The notes: generated by a model from the letters alone, not told the origin. A stretch of 50,192 nucleotides of DNA from a virus (IMGVR_UViG_3300014613_000007:1-50192), one strand, 5' to 3'; shown: positions 37,490-47,120, counted from the first letter of the stretch. Translations and numbers: made by a program.

Positions 37490-38262
37490 AACATGAATCT
37501 AAAGCCCATATTGAGCCGCCATTCATCGGGAACCGCTTCGAGGTCTTTGAAATTCTGGTTGTAGTTTAGTTCCGTGATAAATGACGCCTTACTGTCTGCA
37601 TTTGTCTTGCTCTGAATGCCGATAATCGCACCGTAAAATCCGCAGTCTTCATCGAATAAATTCCACGTTCCCTGTCCGCCAAAATAAGGTTGTGCAACCA
37701 TAGATTCAGGCAAAATGCTCAATAGCAAGTCCGGTATCCAGGGCAAAGGATTATTCGGGTCCACCAAATCTCGCATGTGTATCACGGCACCAAACGATAG
37801 CACTTGGGGCGGCTTTAGCTCATTGGTTCCAACTTCATATTGTGGTCGCCAAGTCGAGCCGACAAATCCCTCAATGAAGTCATACTGGTAGCCGACACGC
37901 CCGGTTATAGCCACTTGACTATTCAGATCCTGCTCCGTCAGGCCCCAGATAGTCATTCCGTTGGCCTGGACCATACCACCCACCGACAAGGCAAGCAGCG
38001 CTGCGAAGATGATTAGTTTCGCTTTCATTTCGATCTCCTTAATCATATTTTCCAAAACTTTTGATGTATTCTTCACCCCTGCCCGGATAAAGCCTACACC
38101 GGCAAATCCGAGCACGATCCACACCCATTCAGGTGGTGACCAGAGATGAAACGCTTCGAGAAACGCCACTACCATAGCCACGGCAACGGTAATCTGCGTT
38201 CTTTTGCCCTGTACGGCGGCAACTGCTTTTTTCGGTTGCTCAAACCAATCCTTTAGAGCCAT
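37486..38262 (-). CDS. Holin-like 2-TM domain in frame with a signal-peptide outer-membrane beta-barrel-like protein (internal start at 38028)
   Basis: GKRTQI plus two TM segments; internal AAGGAG RBS before MKAKLIIFAALLALSVGGMVQA; C-terminus WRLNMGFRFMF. Confidence 0.6.
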   Translation of the reverse strand: MALKDWFEQPKKAVAAVQGKRTQITVAVAMVVAFLEAFHLWSPPEWVWIVLGFAGVGFIRAGVKNTSKVLENMIKEIEMKAKLIIFAALLALSVGGMVQANGMTIWGLTEQDLNSQVAITGRVGYQYDFIEGFVGSTWRPQYEVGTNELKPPQVLSFGAVIHMRDLVDPNNPLPWIPDLLLSILPESMVAQPYFGGQGTWNLFDEDCGFYGAIIGIQSKTNADSKASFITELNYNQNFKDLEAVPDEWRLNMGFRFMF

Positions 38263-38300
38263 AATTTGACCTTTCAAAAAAGATTATTGTCGTTTCATTT

Positions 38301-38411
38301 TCATTTCCGGCCCCTGCCGGTTCTTCTCGTCGTTTTGCATCCTCCGCGTCCTCGATTGGCCCTGCTTCCACGGCCAGAGCCGTCTCTTTTCGGCGTTCCT
38401 GCTTTTGCCAT
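38301..38411 (-). CDS. Small basic Gly/Arg peptide (MAKAGTPKRDGSGRGSRANRGRGGC...)
   Basis: Translated manually; preceded by TTTTGAAAGGGAAG RBS. Confidence 0.55.
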   Translation of the reverse strand: MAKAGTPKRDGSGRGSRANRGRGGCKTTRRTGRGRK

Positions 38412-38549
38412 GATTCTTCCCTTTCAAAATAGTTTTAATAATCTCAATCACAAAAAATATAATAATAAAAATAGAATAATCAGCCACAAGGCCGTGCTGA
38501 TTAGCAGTCCGAGTGCAATTCCTCTTGGCGCATCAAGATCGTTCATTTC

Positions 38550-39248
38550 TTACTTTCTGAATCTTGCGTAAACTTTTTTGCCTTCTGATATTTCAGTAGC
38601 AACACACTCAATATATGTAAAATCGTCCTCAGATGTAAAATCGTCCTCTTCCTCATCATCAACTTGATGAAATCCCTCGAAGTTCGGCAGGCTCGGCAGG
38701 CAGTGAAGGTGGGTGAAGTCGTGTGGCAATACATCCTCTAATTTGGAGCCTATTCGCCATACCCCAAGCCAGTTAAATGCTTTGACGATCTCCAAATCCA
38801 CATACTCCGGCTCAGGTTGGTAGTCAGGTTCGAGACGATATATACCCGTGTTCTTTAACTCGCAAAATAGTGCTTTATTTTCCCATGACATAATATCGCT
38901 AAGGTATTGAACCTTATCTTTGGAATGCGCAGTTCTTATGCACGATTGATCATCCCTGCTCATGTCCGCAAAAATTATGTGAGCTTTATTGTCTTTGAGC
39001 CTTTCAATTAGTTTTTTCTCGTTATACTCCGGCTCAGGTTGGTAATTGGATACGAGGGCGTAGGTGCGTGTAGTATCATAAGATATGCCATCTATATCTA
39101 TTGTTCTCCATTCATCCTGAACACTATAGATTACGCACTTTCTTATTCCAACTTTCCTCAAACATTCCTGTTCTTCCGGCGTCATCAGCCCGAAAGCTCG
39201 GACATAACTCTTGTCTTTGAGCTTTTCGATTAGTTCTTTCTCGTTCAT
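38550..39248 (-). CDS. Hypothetical protein with internal tandem domain duplication
   Basis: NEK.LIE.LKD...YQPEPEY occurs twice. Confidence 0.75.
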   Translation of the reverse strand: MNEKELIEKLKDKSYVRAFGLMTPEEQECLRKVGIRKCVIYSVQDEWRTIDIDGISYDTTRTYALVSNYQPEPEYNEKKLIERLKDNKAHIIFADMSRDDQSCIRTAHSKDKVQYLSDIMSWENKALFCELKNTGIYRLEPDYQPEPEYVDLEIVKAFNWLGVWRIGSKLEDVLPHDFTHLHCLPSLPNFEGFHQVDDEEEDDFTSEDDFTYIECVATEISEGKKVYARFRK

Positions 39249-39258
39249 TGCTTCTCCT

Positions 39259-39711
39259 TTACCACCATTTCTTAATGTTATATTTCATGCACATCTGTTC
39301 TACTTCCAACTTGAAATACAATTCCAGACCGAACAAATCCATGAGAGTGTATTTATTGATTTTGTGCTTTCTCTTTAATTCCTCGACGACTTCACGTCCG
39401 TAATCTCTAATTAAATGCTCCTCATATTCCTCTGGCTTGCCTCCACAAAAACCGTTGCATTGAATACACTGAAGATGTATGGCCCGCTCATCGAAATAAA
39501 TACCACTACCACCGCCAATGCCTCTTGATTTGAAATGTCCCGAGTTAGCTTTCTTTACGTGAACGATTTTTCCACAGGTGTAGCACTGTCCATATTCCGA
39601 ACAGCTGAACTTAACTGCGTCCCGGATTCTTATGTATCTCGAACACCAATCGTCAGTTTTTTTCTTCTGTTTCTGATAAGACGTTCGCTTTTTTAGTTTT
39701 CTTTTAACCAT
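39259..39711 (-). CDS. ninG: NinG/Rap-like recombination endonuclease
   Basis: YIR.RD, CYTCG, GHF, FDE..IH.QC..CN motifs. Confidence 0.85.
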   Translation of the reverse strand: MVKRKLKKRTSYQKQKKKTDDWCSRYIRIRDAVKFSCSEYGQCYTCGKIVHVKKANSGHFKSRGIGGGSGIYFDERAIHLQCIQCNGFCGGKPEEYEEHLIRDYGREVVEELKRKHKINKYTLMDLFGLELYFKLEVEQMCMKYNIKKWW

Positions 39712-39895
39712 CAGTCATGCCTTCCCTACTAATTGCATCAATTGTTATAAAAGTTAATAGCGACTGTCCCTCTATCATCAGTTTTGAAAACTTGTCCGGC
39801 TCCAACGCTCTTTCTCCAAGTCGATTCAGTTTCCTCTGCCATTTAATAGCTTTGGCCTTAAAGTATCTATGCTGTCTTTCCGGCCTGGTTCGCAT
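39704..39895 (-). CDS. Small hypothetical protein
   Basis: ORF coupled to ninG. Confidence 0.5.
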   Translation of the reverse strand: MRTRPERQHRYFKAKAIKWQRKLNRLGERALEPDKFSKLMIEGQSLLTFITIDAISREGMTDG

Positions 39896-39908
39896 CAGTC
39901 ACCGCCTT

Positions 39909-40556
39909 TCAAAATGGAATGTCGTCATTTATAACAGAGCTTATTGTTATCGGCTCTTTGAAAAGTTTGCCGCTTTTTATTCCGGTTTTTTTATTTCTTT
40001 TATTCATAAACTCCCTTAGCCATCGTTTTGTCTTTGTGTCCGGTCCGTTCAGGATGTCCAATATAGCTTTCTCTTTTGCCTGTTGGCGACGGACATAGAC
40101 AGAACAACCTTCCTCTCCGTAATAACCCGTATCTTCCTTTTCATCTATATTATAAAAATGCACAATGTGACCCGGCTCTATATTGTCGTTGCAATACTGA
40201 CGCACCCTTTCAGCCTTGTCTTCGATTTCCTGTCTGGGACAATCAGCATTACCCCACCAATCAAAGAACCGTTTTCTGCCGTCTTTTGTTAGAATTCCGA
40301 ACAGTGCTGCCTGCCTGCCGGTCTTGTACTTTGCCGCAACATATTGTCGAATAGCAGCCATAATGTGAGGCATCTTCGGGTATCTGTCTTTCTCCCACGT
40401 TTTGTAAAGCTCGTTGATCGCGTTCTTGGCTGTGTCGAAGTCGAATTTACGAAGTTCATCAATCCAGACTTTAAGCTCTTGCCCCCTAAAGTCCCAGTTC
40501 GGCCAGTGGGCTTTGATAGTGTTCTCAATAACATCGTTGGCTTGTTCTTCCGTCAT
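39909..40556 (-). CDS. Helicase loader/inhibitor-like protein (G39P-like N-terminus)
   Basis: MT..Q....I......WP...W...L..FD...A..A......YP....I; downstream of the initiator; DDIPF tail. Confidence 0.55.
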   Translation of the reverse strand: MTEEQANDVIENTIKAHWPNWDFRGQELKVWIDELRKFDFDTAKNAINELYKTWEKDRYPKMPHIMAAIRQYVAAKYKTGRQAALFGILTKDGRKRFFDWWGNADCPRQEIEDKAERVRQYCNDNIEPGHIVHFYNIDEKEDTGYYGEEGCSVYVRRQQAKEKAILDILNGPDTKTKRWLREFMNKRNKKTGIKSGKLFKEPITISSVINDDIPF

Positions 40557-41440
40557 TCGAATAACACCCTCTGCCCTTGCCTTGCCTCTTTTACCGAAAC
40601 TCCGGTATCAACTGCCCTTAAACGGTCTCTGGCTATCTCACAATAATCGCTCGAAATTTCTATGCCTATGTAGCGACGGCCTAACTTTTTGGCTGCTACG
40701 CAGGTTGTGCCGACGCCGCAGAAGGGGTCAAGGATTACACAATCATCTGCGTGACAGAATAGACGAATCAATCTTAAAGGAATTTCTTCTGGAAAGGTTG
40801 CTGGATGTAAATCATTTCTCTGATTCTGTATAAACCATACATCCTTCGTGTAATCATTATATGGCACAGCGGTTGCACCACGTCTACCTGTGCCACCTCT
40901 ATGGAACCATTGCTCTTTTGAACCTAACAATATTAACTCATGCGCTCCCCGCAGATAAGGATCGCTATCACAACCCATTTGATTTCCTGAACAAATAGCA
41001 ATCTCATCTGTTCCTTTAACCCAGACGATAGATTCCCGAAGATGTGTATCAAATTGTAACATTATTCTCTGAATTTTCATTGCTATCGGTTCTATTCTTG
41101 CTTTTCCATTTCGTTTCTCAGGTCCACGGTGCCACCTATATTTATTGTCAAAGCCAGTCCACGTTCTTGCATACTTATGATCTGGTTGCCATTTTATTGT
41201 AGGGGGTACATTTATTGCTATAGTGCCTCCCTTAACAAGTATTCTATATGACATAAAAATGACGTGTGCAATTTCATCGTAGTAATCATCCCATGATTTT
41301 TCATCAATAAAACCTTTATAAAATTTGCCTACATTATATGGTGGACTAAATATCACCAAATCCACGCACCCATCAGGCCAGTCTTTCATAACCTCAAGGC
41401 AGTCCCCGCAGATTATTTGATTTATCGGATGTTCCGTCAT
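40553..41440 (-). CDS. DNA amino-methyltransferase (beta class, N4-C/N6-A)
   Basis: GDCLE, catalytic SPPY, HPATFP, SAM-binding DPFCGVGTT. Confidence 0.92.
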   Translation of the reverse strand: MTEHPINQIICGDCLEVMKDWPDGCVDLVIFSPPYNVGKFYKGFIDEKSWDDYYDEIAHVIFMSYRILVKGGTIAINVPPTIKWQPDHKYARTWTGFDNKYRWHRGPEKRNGKARIEPIAMKIQRIMLQFDTHLRESIVWVKGTDEIAICSGNQMGCDSDPYLRGAHELILLGSKEQWFHRGGTGRRGATAVPYNDYTKDVWFIQNQRNDLHPATFPEEIPLRLIRLFCHADDCVILDPFCGVGTTCVAAKKLGRRYIGIEISSDYCEIARDRLRAVDTGVSVKEARQGQRVLFE

Positions 41441-42276
41441 AAATCCCCGCTCGCCTTGAGTTTCTCGTATTCGGTTTGAATATCGGTTCCTTTACCCTTC
41501 CGAAATTTACTACTGTCGTGATGGTCTATATCGAAGGCATAAGACATATATTTGCGAACATGGCCTTTGAATAGCCATGAATAGAGCTTGTGTTTGTAAG
41601 TCTGGCTGCTCGGCAGATTAAGGGCCTTGCCGTAGTTTTCTATGGCTTCAAGGATCATGCTCTCGTGCAATGGTTCAATGGGGTCTTCGGCCAAAACACT
41701 TAATTGTCTCTCGATAGCCAGAATGTCCGCTGAACCAAAAGATTTTTTCTCTAACGGTAAAGGCAGCTTTTGCCATGCTGAAATAATTCTCTCGGATGAT
41801 GTTGTTGAATGTGGTTTTGTTTCCTTTTTTTGCTCTTTGCGCAACTGTTGCGCGTTGTTGCGCGCTGTTTCACTGTTTGAGTTTGAGTTTACGTTTACGT
41901 CTTTAGTATTATTATCTTCTTTCTTTTCTTTCTTTGAATCCCGCCATTTCTTGTAATATTCAGCTCTTGATTTGGCCTTTTCTCGGTACAATTTATGGTT
42001 CAGGACTATCCAGCCGCCCGGCATCTCTTTAATTCGCCGGCCATCATTGTCTGTTGTTCGACTATATGGATCGGGAGCTTTTAATATTTCAAGCGCTGTT
42101 TTGCACTCCGTAAGCGTAACCCTTGCTTCGTGGGCAAGGCCCTTAATACTGCCTTCAATCGAACCGTCTGATTCTGCAAGGGCAAGCATTGTAATCCATA
42201 CAATTCTTGTTGCTTTATCTTCGTCCCATATACTGCTTCTGACTATACTGCTAAATAGTGGTGTGTATCCTGACAT
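41437..42276 (-). CDS. Phage replication initiator (replisome organizer-like)
   Basis: YTPLF.SI..SSIW...WI.MLALA N-terminal HTH, low-complexity linker, C-terminal domain; start moved to MSGY. Confidence 0.7.
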   Translation of the reverse strand: MSGYTPLFSSIVRSSIWDEDKATRIVWITMLALAESDGSIEGSIKGLAHEARVTLTECKTALEILKAPDPYSRTTDNDGRRIKEMPGGWIVLNHKLYREKAKSRAEYYKKWRDSKKEKKEDNNTKDVNVNSNSNSETARNNAQQLRKEQKKETKPHSTTSSERIISAWQKLPLPLEKKSFGSADILAIERQLSVLAEDPIEPLHESMILEAIENYGKALNLPSSQTYKHKLYSWLFKGHVRKYMSYAFDIDHHDSSKFRKGKGTDIQTEYEKLKASGDL

Positions 42277-42396
42277 TTTCGCGTCCATGCAAATAGCAGC
42301 GGGGCCGGTAGTTGACAGTATCGCCAAGGACAGCGAGGGCTACCGGCCCCTGTTTGTGTTCATATTGAATGTCCTTTTTAATACTGTTATACCGCC

Positions 42397-42424
42397 ATTA
42401 TCGTCAAATCTTTGCCCGTGTCAA
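42397..42424 (-). promoter_or_regulatory. Sigma70-like promoter upstream of the initiator
   Basis: TTGACA-16-GATAAT on the minus strand, followed by a GC-rich hairpin at about 42301-42350. Confidence 0.45.
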
Positions 42425-42624
42425 GAGGAATTCTTAAAATATTGCTCCAGTTCCGTTCGCAGGGCTATAGCCCTTGTCAGTTCCGGGCTGTAACCGCCCG
42501 ATCCCTTATCGCCCGGCTTATCAATTTCGAACCGCCAAGTAATGTCGTCTATCATCCAGACGAGATCATCCAGACAGCGACGTAGTAAATTGTCTTTATC
42601 CTTTTCTATTTCGGATACTCCCAT
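42421..42624 (-). CDS. Small hypothetical protein
   Basis: 67-aa ORF in operon order. Confidence 0.55.
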   Translation of the reverse strand: MGVSEIEKDKDNLLRRCLDDLVWMIDDITWRFEIDKPGDKGSGGYSPELTRAIALRTELEQYFKNSS

Positions 42625-42628
42625 AAAT

Positions 42629-43261
42629 TCACAAAATCAATCTGGCAGTGTTCGGCATTTCAGCAAAAGTCCCGTTCAATTCATCTTTCATCCAATATGA
42701 CCAGCGATGATCTGCGCCGCCGGTTATCCAGTCCGGGACCCCTTCAGGATACATCCTCCTTATATCGCCAGCCATAAATCCTATAACTCCCTCCGAGGGT
42801 TCGACCGCCATATCCAGCCCCGCACGGATACAGCATTTAACAGGGTCGCAAAACTGTTCATCGCGTTTCTCGAATTGTTCATCTGATATATCTTCCCAAT
42901 AATATGGATTCCAAGATTCAGAGAGTTCTGAACACATATCGCCTATGCACAAAGGTGCTGCGTAGTTATAAATCTGACCATCTTCGCAACCATACATACA
43001 ATCAGGCTTTTTTGTTCCGTGACAATGCCAGCATGGGTATTTATATGTTTTACGGTAATATCTATGCCCTTCCGGGTATGGGTTGCTATTGTCCCAATCA
43101 ACTACACAAACAACATCTTCGTTGTATTCGAGCAGATCAAAAAAGTTTTCGACTCTCGCTAAAATATCCCGCCAAATTGGTCTGCGTCTGCCCTTAAAGC
43201 AGGTCTTTGCCATCCTCACGGCAAAATCTTTCCATCTTTCATACTGTTCCTGTGTAGCCAT
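42629..43261 (-). CDS. Hypothetical Cys/Trp-rich protein
   Basis: 210-aa ORF with RBS; CWHC...C..C insert. Confidence 0.7.
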   Translation of the reverse strand: MATQEQYERWKDFAVRMAKTCFKGRRRPIWRDILARVENFFDLLEYNEDVVCVVDWDNSNPYPEGHRYYRKTYKYPCWHCHGTKKPDCMYGCEDGQIYNYAAPLCIGDMCSELSESWNPYYWEDISDEQFEKRDEQFCDPVKCCIRAGLDMAVEPSEGVIGFMAGDIRRMYPEGVPDWITGGADHRWSYWMKDELNGTFAEMPNTARLIL

Positions 43262-44225
43262 TGTCTTTGTCCTCGTTGATCTCTGTGCCCTCTGTGGCTA
43301 AACCTGTTTCATTTATTTCGGGGTACTCCTGAACTCTTGCCCATTCGGGCCATTCTTCCGGTTTTTTATTGCACTTGCCTTCGATGGGAATCTGCTTGAC
43401 GAATACAGGGACATTAGCATACTGGCATTGCTGGATGGCATCCCTTATATCATCAAGACTGCAAAGCCTGCGCTTCGGCCCGGACTCGCAGCCTATGATT
43501 ACCCAATCAATTCCTCTTTCCGGTCTGTGACCACCACCAAATTCATTGTGTTCGCAATAATATGAACATGGTTCAAGGTATGATTGCCATTCATCAATTT
43601 TGAAACTAATTAATTCAAGTATAGGTTCGTAGCTATAGAATTTAATCGCTGCCGATATGTCCCTCATTGTTTGCCACACTTTATCTAAATCGGCCTGAGT
43701 GGAGATTGATGTGCCAAGCCAAAGATTTGGTAAAACCAGTCCCACTTTATCATTTACACAATAGTCCTGAAGATAAAAATATGGATTGCGTTTGATGATT
43801 TGCATTTGCTTGCTGACGTTTTCGACACGTGTGGGTAAATATTCTTTTCCATAATACTCAGCAGCCCGCTCGATCCGCTTCGTCAATACCTGAAGTTTAT
43901 GCTGTGGGCAAAGAGCAGCAATCGCGTGAAACTTATCTATATAATCAAAAGGCACTTTCGGATGGAACAAATCGCTCTTTGAATTAACGAAGAAAATAGT
44001 AGGCTTACGCGTTCTTAATGGCACTTCGAGCATTTCCGGGAACAACTTGATCTTGCCGGTCCAGTTCAAGCCGGCCGCTGTTTTTTCGACAAGCCCCTGC
44101 CACTTTGGGTGCCTGTTCTGCCGCCAGACCTCTCTGATAGCCCAGCAGTTTTTGCATCCGGCAGCACACTTGGTACAGCCGCCGGTAACATCAAGTGTTC
44201 GTTGAGTCCACGGTATTTTTGTCAT
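43239..44225 (-). CDS. DUF5131 (phage Gp37/Gp68, radical-SAM-like) protein
   Basis: TKIPW, GCTK...GC.NCWA, FVNS.SDLFH, LTKR..R, NLWLG.S, DWVI.G.ESG, VFVKQ; start moved to MTKIPW. Confidence 0.88.
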   Translation of the reverse strand: MTKIPWTQRTLDVTGGCTKCAAGCKNCWAIREVWRQNRHPKWQGLVEKTAAGLNWTGKIKLFPEMLEVPLRTRKPTIFFVNSKSDLFHPKVPFDYIDKFHAIAALCPQHKLQVLTKRIERAAEYYGKEYLPTRVENVSKQMQIIKRNPYFYLQDYCVNDKVGLVLPNLWLGTSISTQADLDKVWQTMRDISAAIKFYSYEPILELISFKIDEWQSYLEPCSYYCEHNEFGGGHRPERGIDWVIIGCESGPKRRLCSLDDIRDAIQQCQYANVPVFVKQIPIEGKCNKKPEEWPEWARVQEYPEINETGLATEGTEINEDKDNGYTGTV

Positions 44226-44649
44226 TGTCTTTATCCTTCCAATTAGGGTCGGGATCGGGGATAACAATACGAAGCTCGTTTTCCGCCCAATCTCTAATGT
44301 TTTCAAAAAACTGGCTTGCTTCAATAGTCGTCATCTCGCTCAATCCTTTCATTGCTCCTAATGCGCCTACCCCGCCACACGTTTTCAGCAATATCTCGTG
44401 AATCATTTCCTTGTTCGGGGCCACTCCGCAAATTGCCCATCCCTTGTCTATCATTGCTTCCCGTATTATTGCAATCGCTAATCCGAAGTGTGTCTTGCAT
44501 TGTTTGTGTGTCTTGTTCTTGCCTAAGCGATAAAAACGCGCTTTGATAAAACTGTTCTCGGAATCGCTCAACCATCGCGTGTAAAGCTGCTCGCTGTTCG
44601 GTTGAAATATTAAGCGTCCGTTTTTGGCTACTCCTACTAGCTCCAACAT
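44191..44649 (-). CDS. NinB/Orf-like recombination protein
   Basis: K.T..Q....F, HE.L, S.M...E...F.E.I..WA.....IPDP pattern. Confidence 0.65.
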   Translation of the reverse strand: MLELVGVAKNGRLIFQPNSEQLYTRWLSDSENSFIKARFYRLGKNKTHKQCKTHFGLAIAIIREAMIDKGWAICGVAPNKEMIHEILLKTCGGVGALGAMKGLSEMTTIEASQFFENIRDWAENELRIVIPDPDPNWKDKDNDKNTVDSTNT

Positions 44650-44679
44650 TGTTCCCTCTTATATTACTTAAACTGCACA

Positions 44680-45276
44680 TTAGAAGGGAATATCATCGTC
44701 TGTCGGCGGCGGAGAATCATCTTGTGGCTCTGCGCCCAAAGACATATATTCTTTACTCTTTTTAATCTTGTCCTTAATCCAGTCGGGAACACCTTCCGGT
44801 ATGTTTTCGATATCTTCGTCCATATCGTAAATCAGTTGATAGCTTGCCTTCTTGTGTTCCATTCCTTTAGGCATCTTAGCCACAGCAGCAACTTGTGAAT
44901 ATCCTTTTTTGTTCTTGATTACATTCACCAGACAGTTGGCCCCAAGAATGGTTTTAATATCAAATCCTTCCAATTCCTCCTGGTTAAAGTCACGCCCCCG
45001 CCAGGATATTAAATCCGTATATAAGTTTGCCTTTTCGTGTAGGCTCACGGTGTATTCTTTTGAAATCACGCGATAGCCTTTTTCAACATCCGGTTTGCCG
45101 CGATCATCGACAATCGGAAAATCCGGCAACTCCCAGGTTATCATTATCTTTGGCTGCTCTTTGTTAAATATTTCGTTGTATTGAGTGCCCAAATCAATCA
45201 GAGCCACACAAACTCCGTGATGGTTGCCATCCTCAATCTGCTCAAATGATGATCCCTGTTTGGCTGTTAAGCTCAT
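44680..45276 (-). CDS. Phage single-stranded DNA-binding protein
   Basis: DLGTQ, SL.EKA.L...L.SWRG, acidic TDDDIPF tail. Confidence 0.7.
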   Translation of the reverse strand: MSLTAKQGSSFEQIEDGNHHGVCVALIDLGTQYNEIFNKEQPKIMITWELPDFPIVDDRGKPDVEKGYRVISKEYTVSLHEKANLYTDLISWRGRDFNQEELEGFDIKTILGANCLVNVIKNKKGYSQVAAVAKMPKGMEHKKASYQLIYDMDEDIENIPEGVPDWIKDKIKKSKEYMSLGAEPQDDSPPPTDDDIPF

Positions 45277-45470
45277 TACTTGCTCCTTTCGAGTTCTGCT
45301 CTTCTGTTCATTGCTTGTAATACATCTGCATCAGCCTGTTCAAGCTGGCAGTCGAGGCACATGGCATTCCCAGGTAAAACATCGCATTTAAGGCAACCAG
45401 TGTCTTTTATGTAAAATGCCGCTTCGGGCAATATATCTAATATGGCTTTGTCGAATTGTTCGTTATTCAT
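45276..45470 (-). CDS. Small CxxC protein, paralog of 45741-45923
   Basis: Shares [25 protein letters not shown], encoded by a 73-nt identical segment. Confidence 0.65.
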   Translation of the reverse strand: MNNEQFDKAILDILPEAAFYIKDTGCLKCDVLPGNAMCLDCQLEQADADVLQAMNRRAELERSK

Positions 45471-45598
45471 CGAATTCTCCCTTCAGAGCTTGTTTTATTC
45501 TTTCTTTTTACAGTAAACCATTTCCATTGGTTCAACAACTCGTAATCTGCGTCGTCAACAAGAGCAAATTTGCCTTGAGTAAGTAGTATTTTCTTCAT
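45467..45598 (-). pseudogene. Truncated HNH/AP2 homing endonuclease N-terminus
   Basis: [27 protein letters not shown] is a typical start of these enzymes; GGAG RBS; ends after 43 aa, running through a duplicated segment. Confidence 0.7.
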
Positions 45599-45711
45599 TT
45601 GGCAATCTCCAAATAAAAAGTCAATCAGGTTGATACCAGCGCGGACAATGTGCTGCCCCGAACTGACCTGATTGACTCTAATATTCTTATTAACGCTGGT
45701 ATCATTCATAT

Positions 45712-45740
45712 ATAATAAGCCTATTGCTTGCGATTGTCAA
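45712..45740 (-). promoter_or_regulatory. Sigma70-like promoter
   Basis: TTGACA-17-TATTAT on the minus strand. Confidence 0.7.
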
Positions 45741-45923
45741 CTACTTTTTTGCCTTTTTCCTTTCGAGTTTTGCCTTTTTCCTTTCGAGTTCTGCTCTTCT
45801 GTTCATTGCTTGTAATACATCTGCATCAGCCTGTTCAAGCTGGCAGTCGAGACATATTCCATGGTCACCCGGATACTTCGGTGGTCCACTTATCTTTGCA
45901 CATTTTGGGCAGCCGTTATTCAT
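45741..45923 (-). CDS. Small CxxC protein
   Basis: MNNGCPKC...CLDC; start overlaps the stop of the upstream Cys-rich ORF. Confidence 0.55.
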   Translation of the reverse strand: MNNGCPKCAKISGPPKYPGDHGICLDCQLEQADADVLQAMNRRAELERKKAKLERKKAKK

Positions 45924-46083
45924 CGGATTCTCTTTCTTCATATTCCTTACAAAAGCATTTTTTATCACTTGGGCATTCTTCTTCAACGAGATTGTCAAAA
46001 GAACCATAAATATGGCATCTTCCACAAAAACATTCCTCATAAGTTGCTGAAGGAGCATCATGGAGACAATGAGGGTTATCCAT
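45916..46083 (-). CDS. Small Cys-rich protein (55 aa, MDNPHCLHD...)
   Basis: Translated manually; GGGAG RBS. Confidence 0.55.
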   Translation of the reverse strand: MDNPHCLHDAPSATYEECFCGRCHIYGSFDNLVEEECPSDKKCFCKEYEERESDE

Positions 46084-46291
46084 TGAATTCTCCCTTCAGA
46101 GCTTGTTTTATTCTTTCTGTAAGACTGGCAGGCATGTCTCCATAAGTTTTGTCATATTCCAAAATGTCTCCCAATGCCTCTTCCAACTTTTCGATTTTGG
46201 CGATAATACATTGATTACACAGCCCGATATTCAGAGCGAAGTTGTAATCTTTTTCGTTGCCGCATTTTTCACATTTGTTCGGCATTGTCAT
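46076..46291 (-). CDS. Small CxxC protein
   Basis: CEKC, CNQC, ends QALKGE. Confidence 0.6.
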   Translation of the reverse strand: MTMPNKCEKCGNEKDYNFALNIGLCNQCIIAKIEKLEEALGDILEYDKTYGDMPASLTERIKQALKGEFNG

Positions 46292-46301
46292 TTTCCCGTA
46301 A

Positions 46302-47120
46302 CTATATCCCAAATCTCGAACGGAATTTTGCCCGTGCCTTCAAGAAATCTTCGTATTCTTTTTGAACGGTATCGCAGACAACTGGCCGTTTGTATCCGCA
46401 TTTGTTATCTGTTGAACCTACCGGCAAAATTACAAGCTGCTCTATGCCTTCCAAGCACCTGGCATAAGCCGCAAGCTGCCTCATATCAAAAGTGCCATGC
46501 TTAATGTCCATTATGGAGTGTACACCATCAAATTTGCCGAGAATGTCGTAAGTGCCGGCATAGAGAACTTCATCGTTAAAAACTTCACCCTGAAATACCT
46601 CGACTTCTATTTTATCTTTGTATTGCTCCATGAAGGCTTTGTGCGAACATTGTTCCCATGTAAGCATCAAATTGCCACCCATGAGAACAGAGACATCTTC
46701 TCTTAATGAAGGCACTTGAGTCGGGTCTATCCATTCGCCGGTTTTGATATACTCCGTTATCAAGGCTTCCATGATATTGCCTCTCGCAGCATATTGGCTC
46801 AATTCATCATCAGTGAATTTGCCCCATTGCTTGTCCCAGTTGAGAATTGAAGTAACAGAAGGATACTTCTTGCCATTTTTCTCATAGAATCTGATGTTGG
46901 AATATTGTTTGTCTATAAGATCGGCCTTGCCTCTGTTGCTTTCATTCTCGAATACGGTATGGAGATATTGCTGGCAGCTTGCTATGATATTCTCTACAGA
47001 TTCACCGTTGATAGGCTCGACCGTCATTGAGAAACTTGGCCGAAGATTCTCGTAGGCAGCAACTGGTATTACTCCCGAAAGACCTACTGTTATCTCTTTT
47101 ACTTTCATATTAGGATTCAT
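46302..47120 (-). CDS. PD-(D/E)XK exonuclease (phage Cas4/YqaJ-like)
   Basis: YPSVTSIL, RG...E, YAGT.D, DIK, QLAAY motifs. Confidence 0.8.
   Translation of the reverse strand: MNPNMKVKEITVGLSGVIPVAAYENLRPSFSMTVEPINGESVENIIASCQQYLHTVFENESNRGKADLIDKQYSNIRFYEKNGKKYPSVTSILNWDKQWGKFTDDELSQYAARGNIMEALITEYIKTGEWIDPTQVPSLREDVSVLMGGNLMLTWEQCSHKAFMEQYKDKIEVEVFQGEVFNDEVLYAGTYDILGKFDGVHSIMDIKHGTFDMRQLAAYARCLEGIEQLVILPVGSTDNKCGYKRPVVCDTVQKEYEDFLKARAKFRSRFGI

Noticed and set aside
45741-46061. 106-aa ORF as annotated in the track
   Set aside because: Better explained by two coupled genes, 45916-46083 and 45741-45923, with an RBS and a stop/start overlap
46302-47120. Cas4 as an adaptation partner of the RAMP gene
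   Set aside because: It lacks the Fe-S cysteine cluster, sits in the recombination module near SSB/NinB, and such nucleases are common in phages
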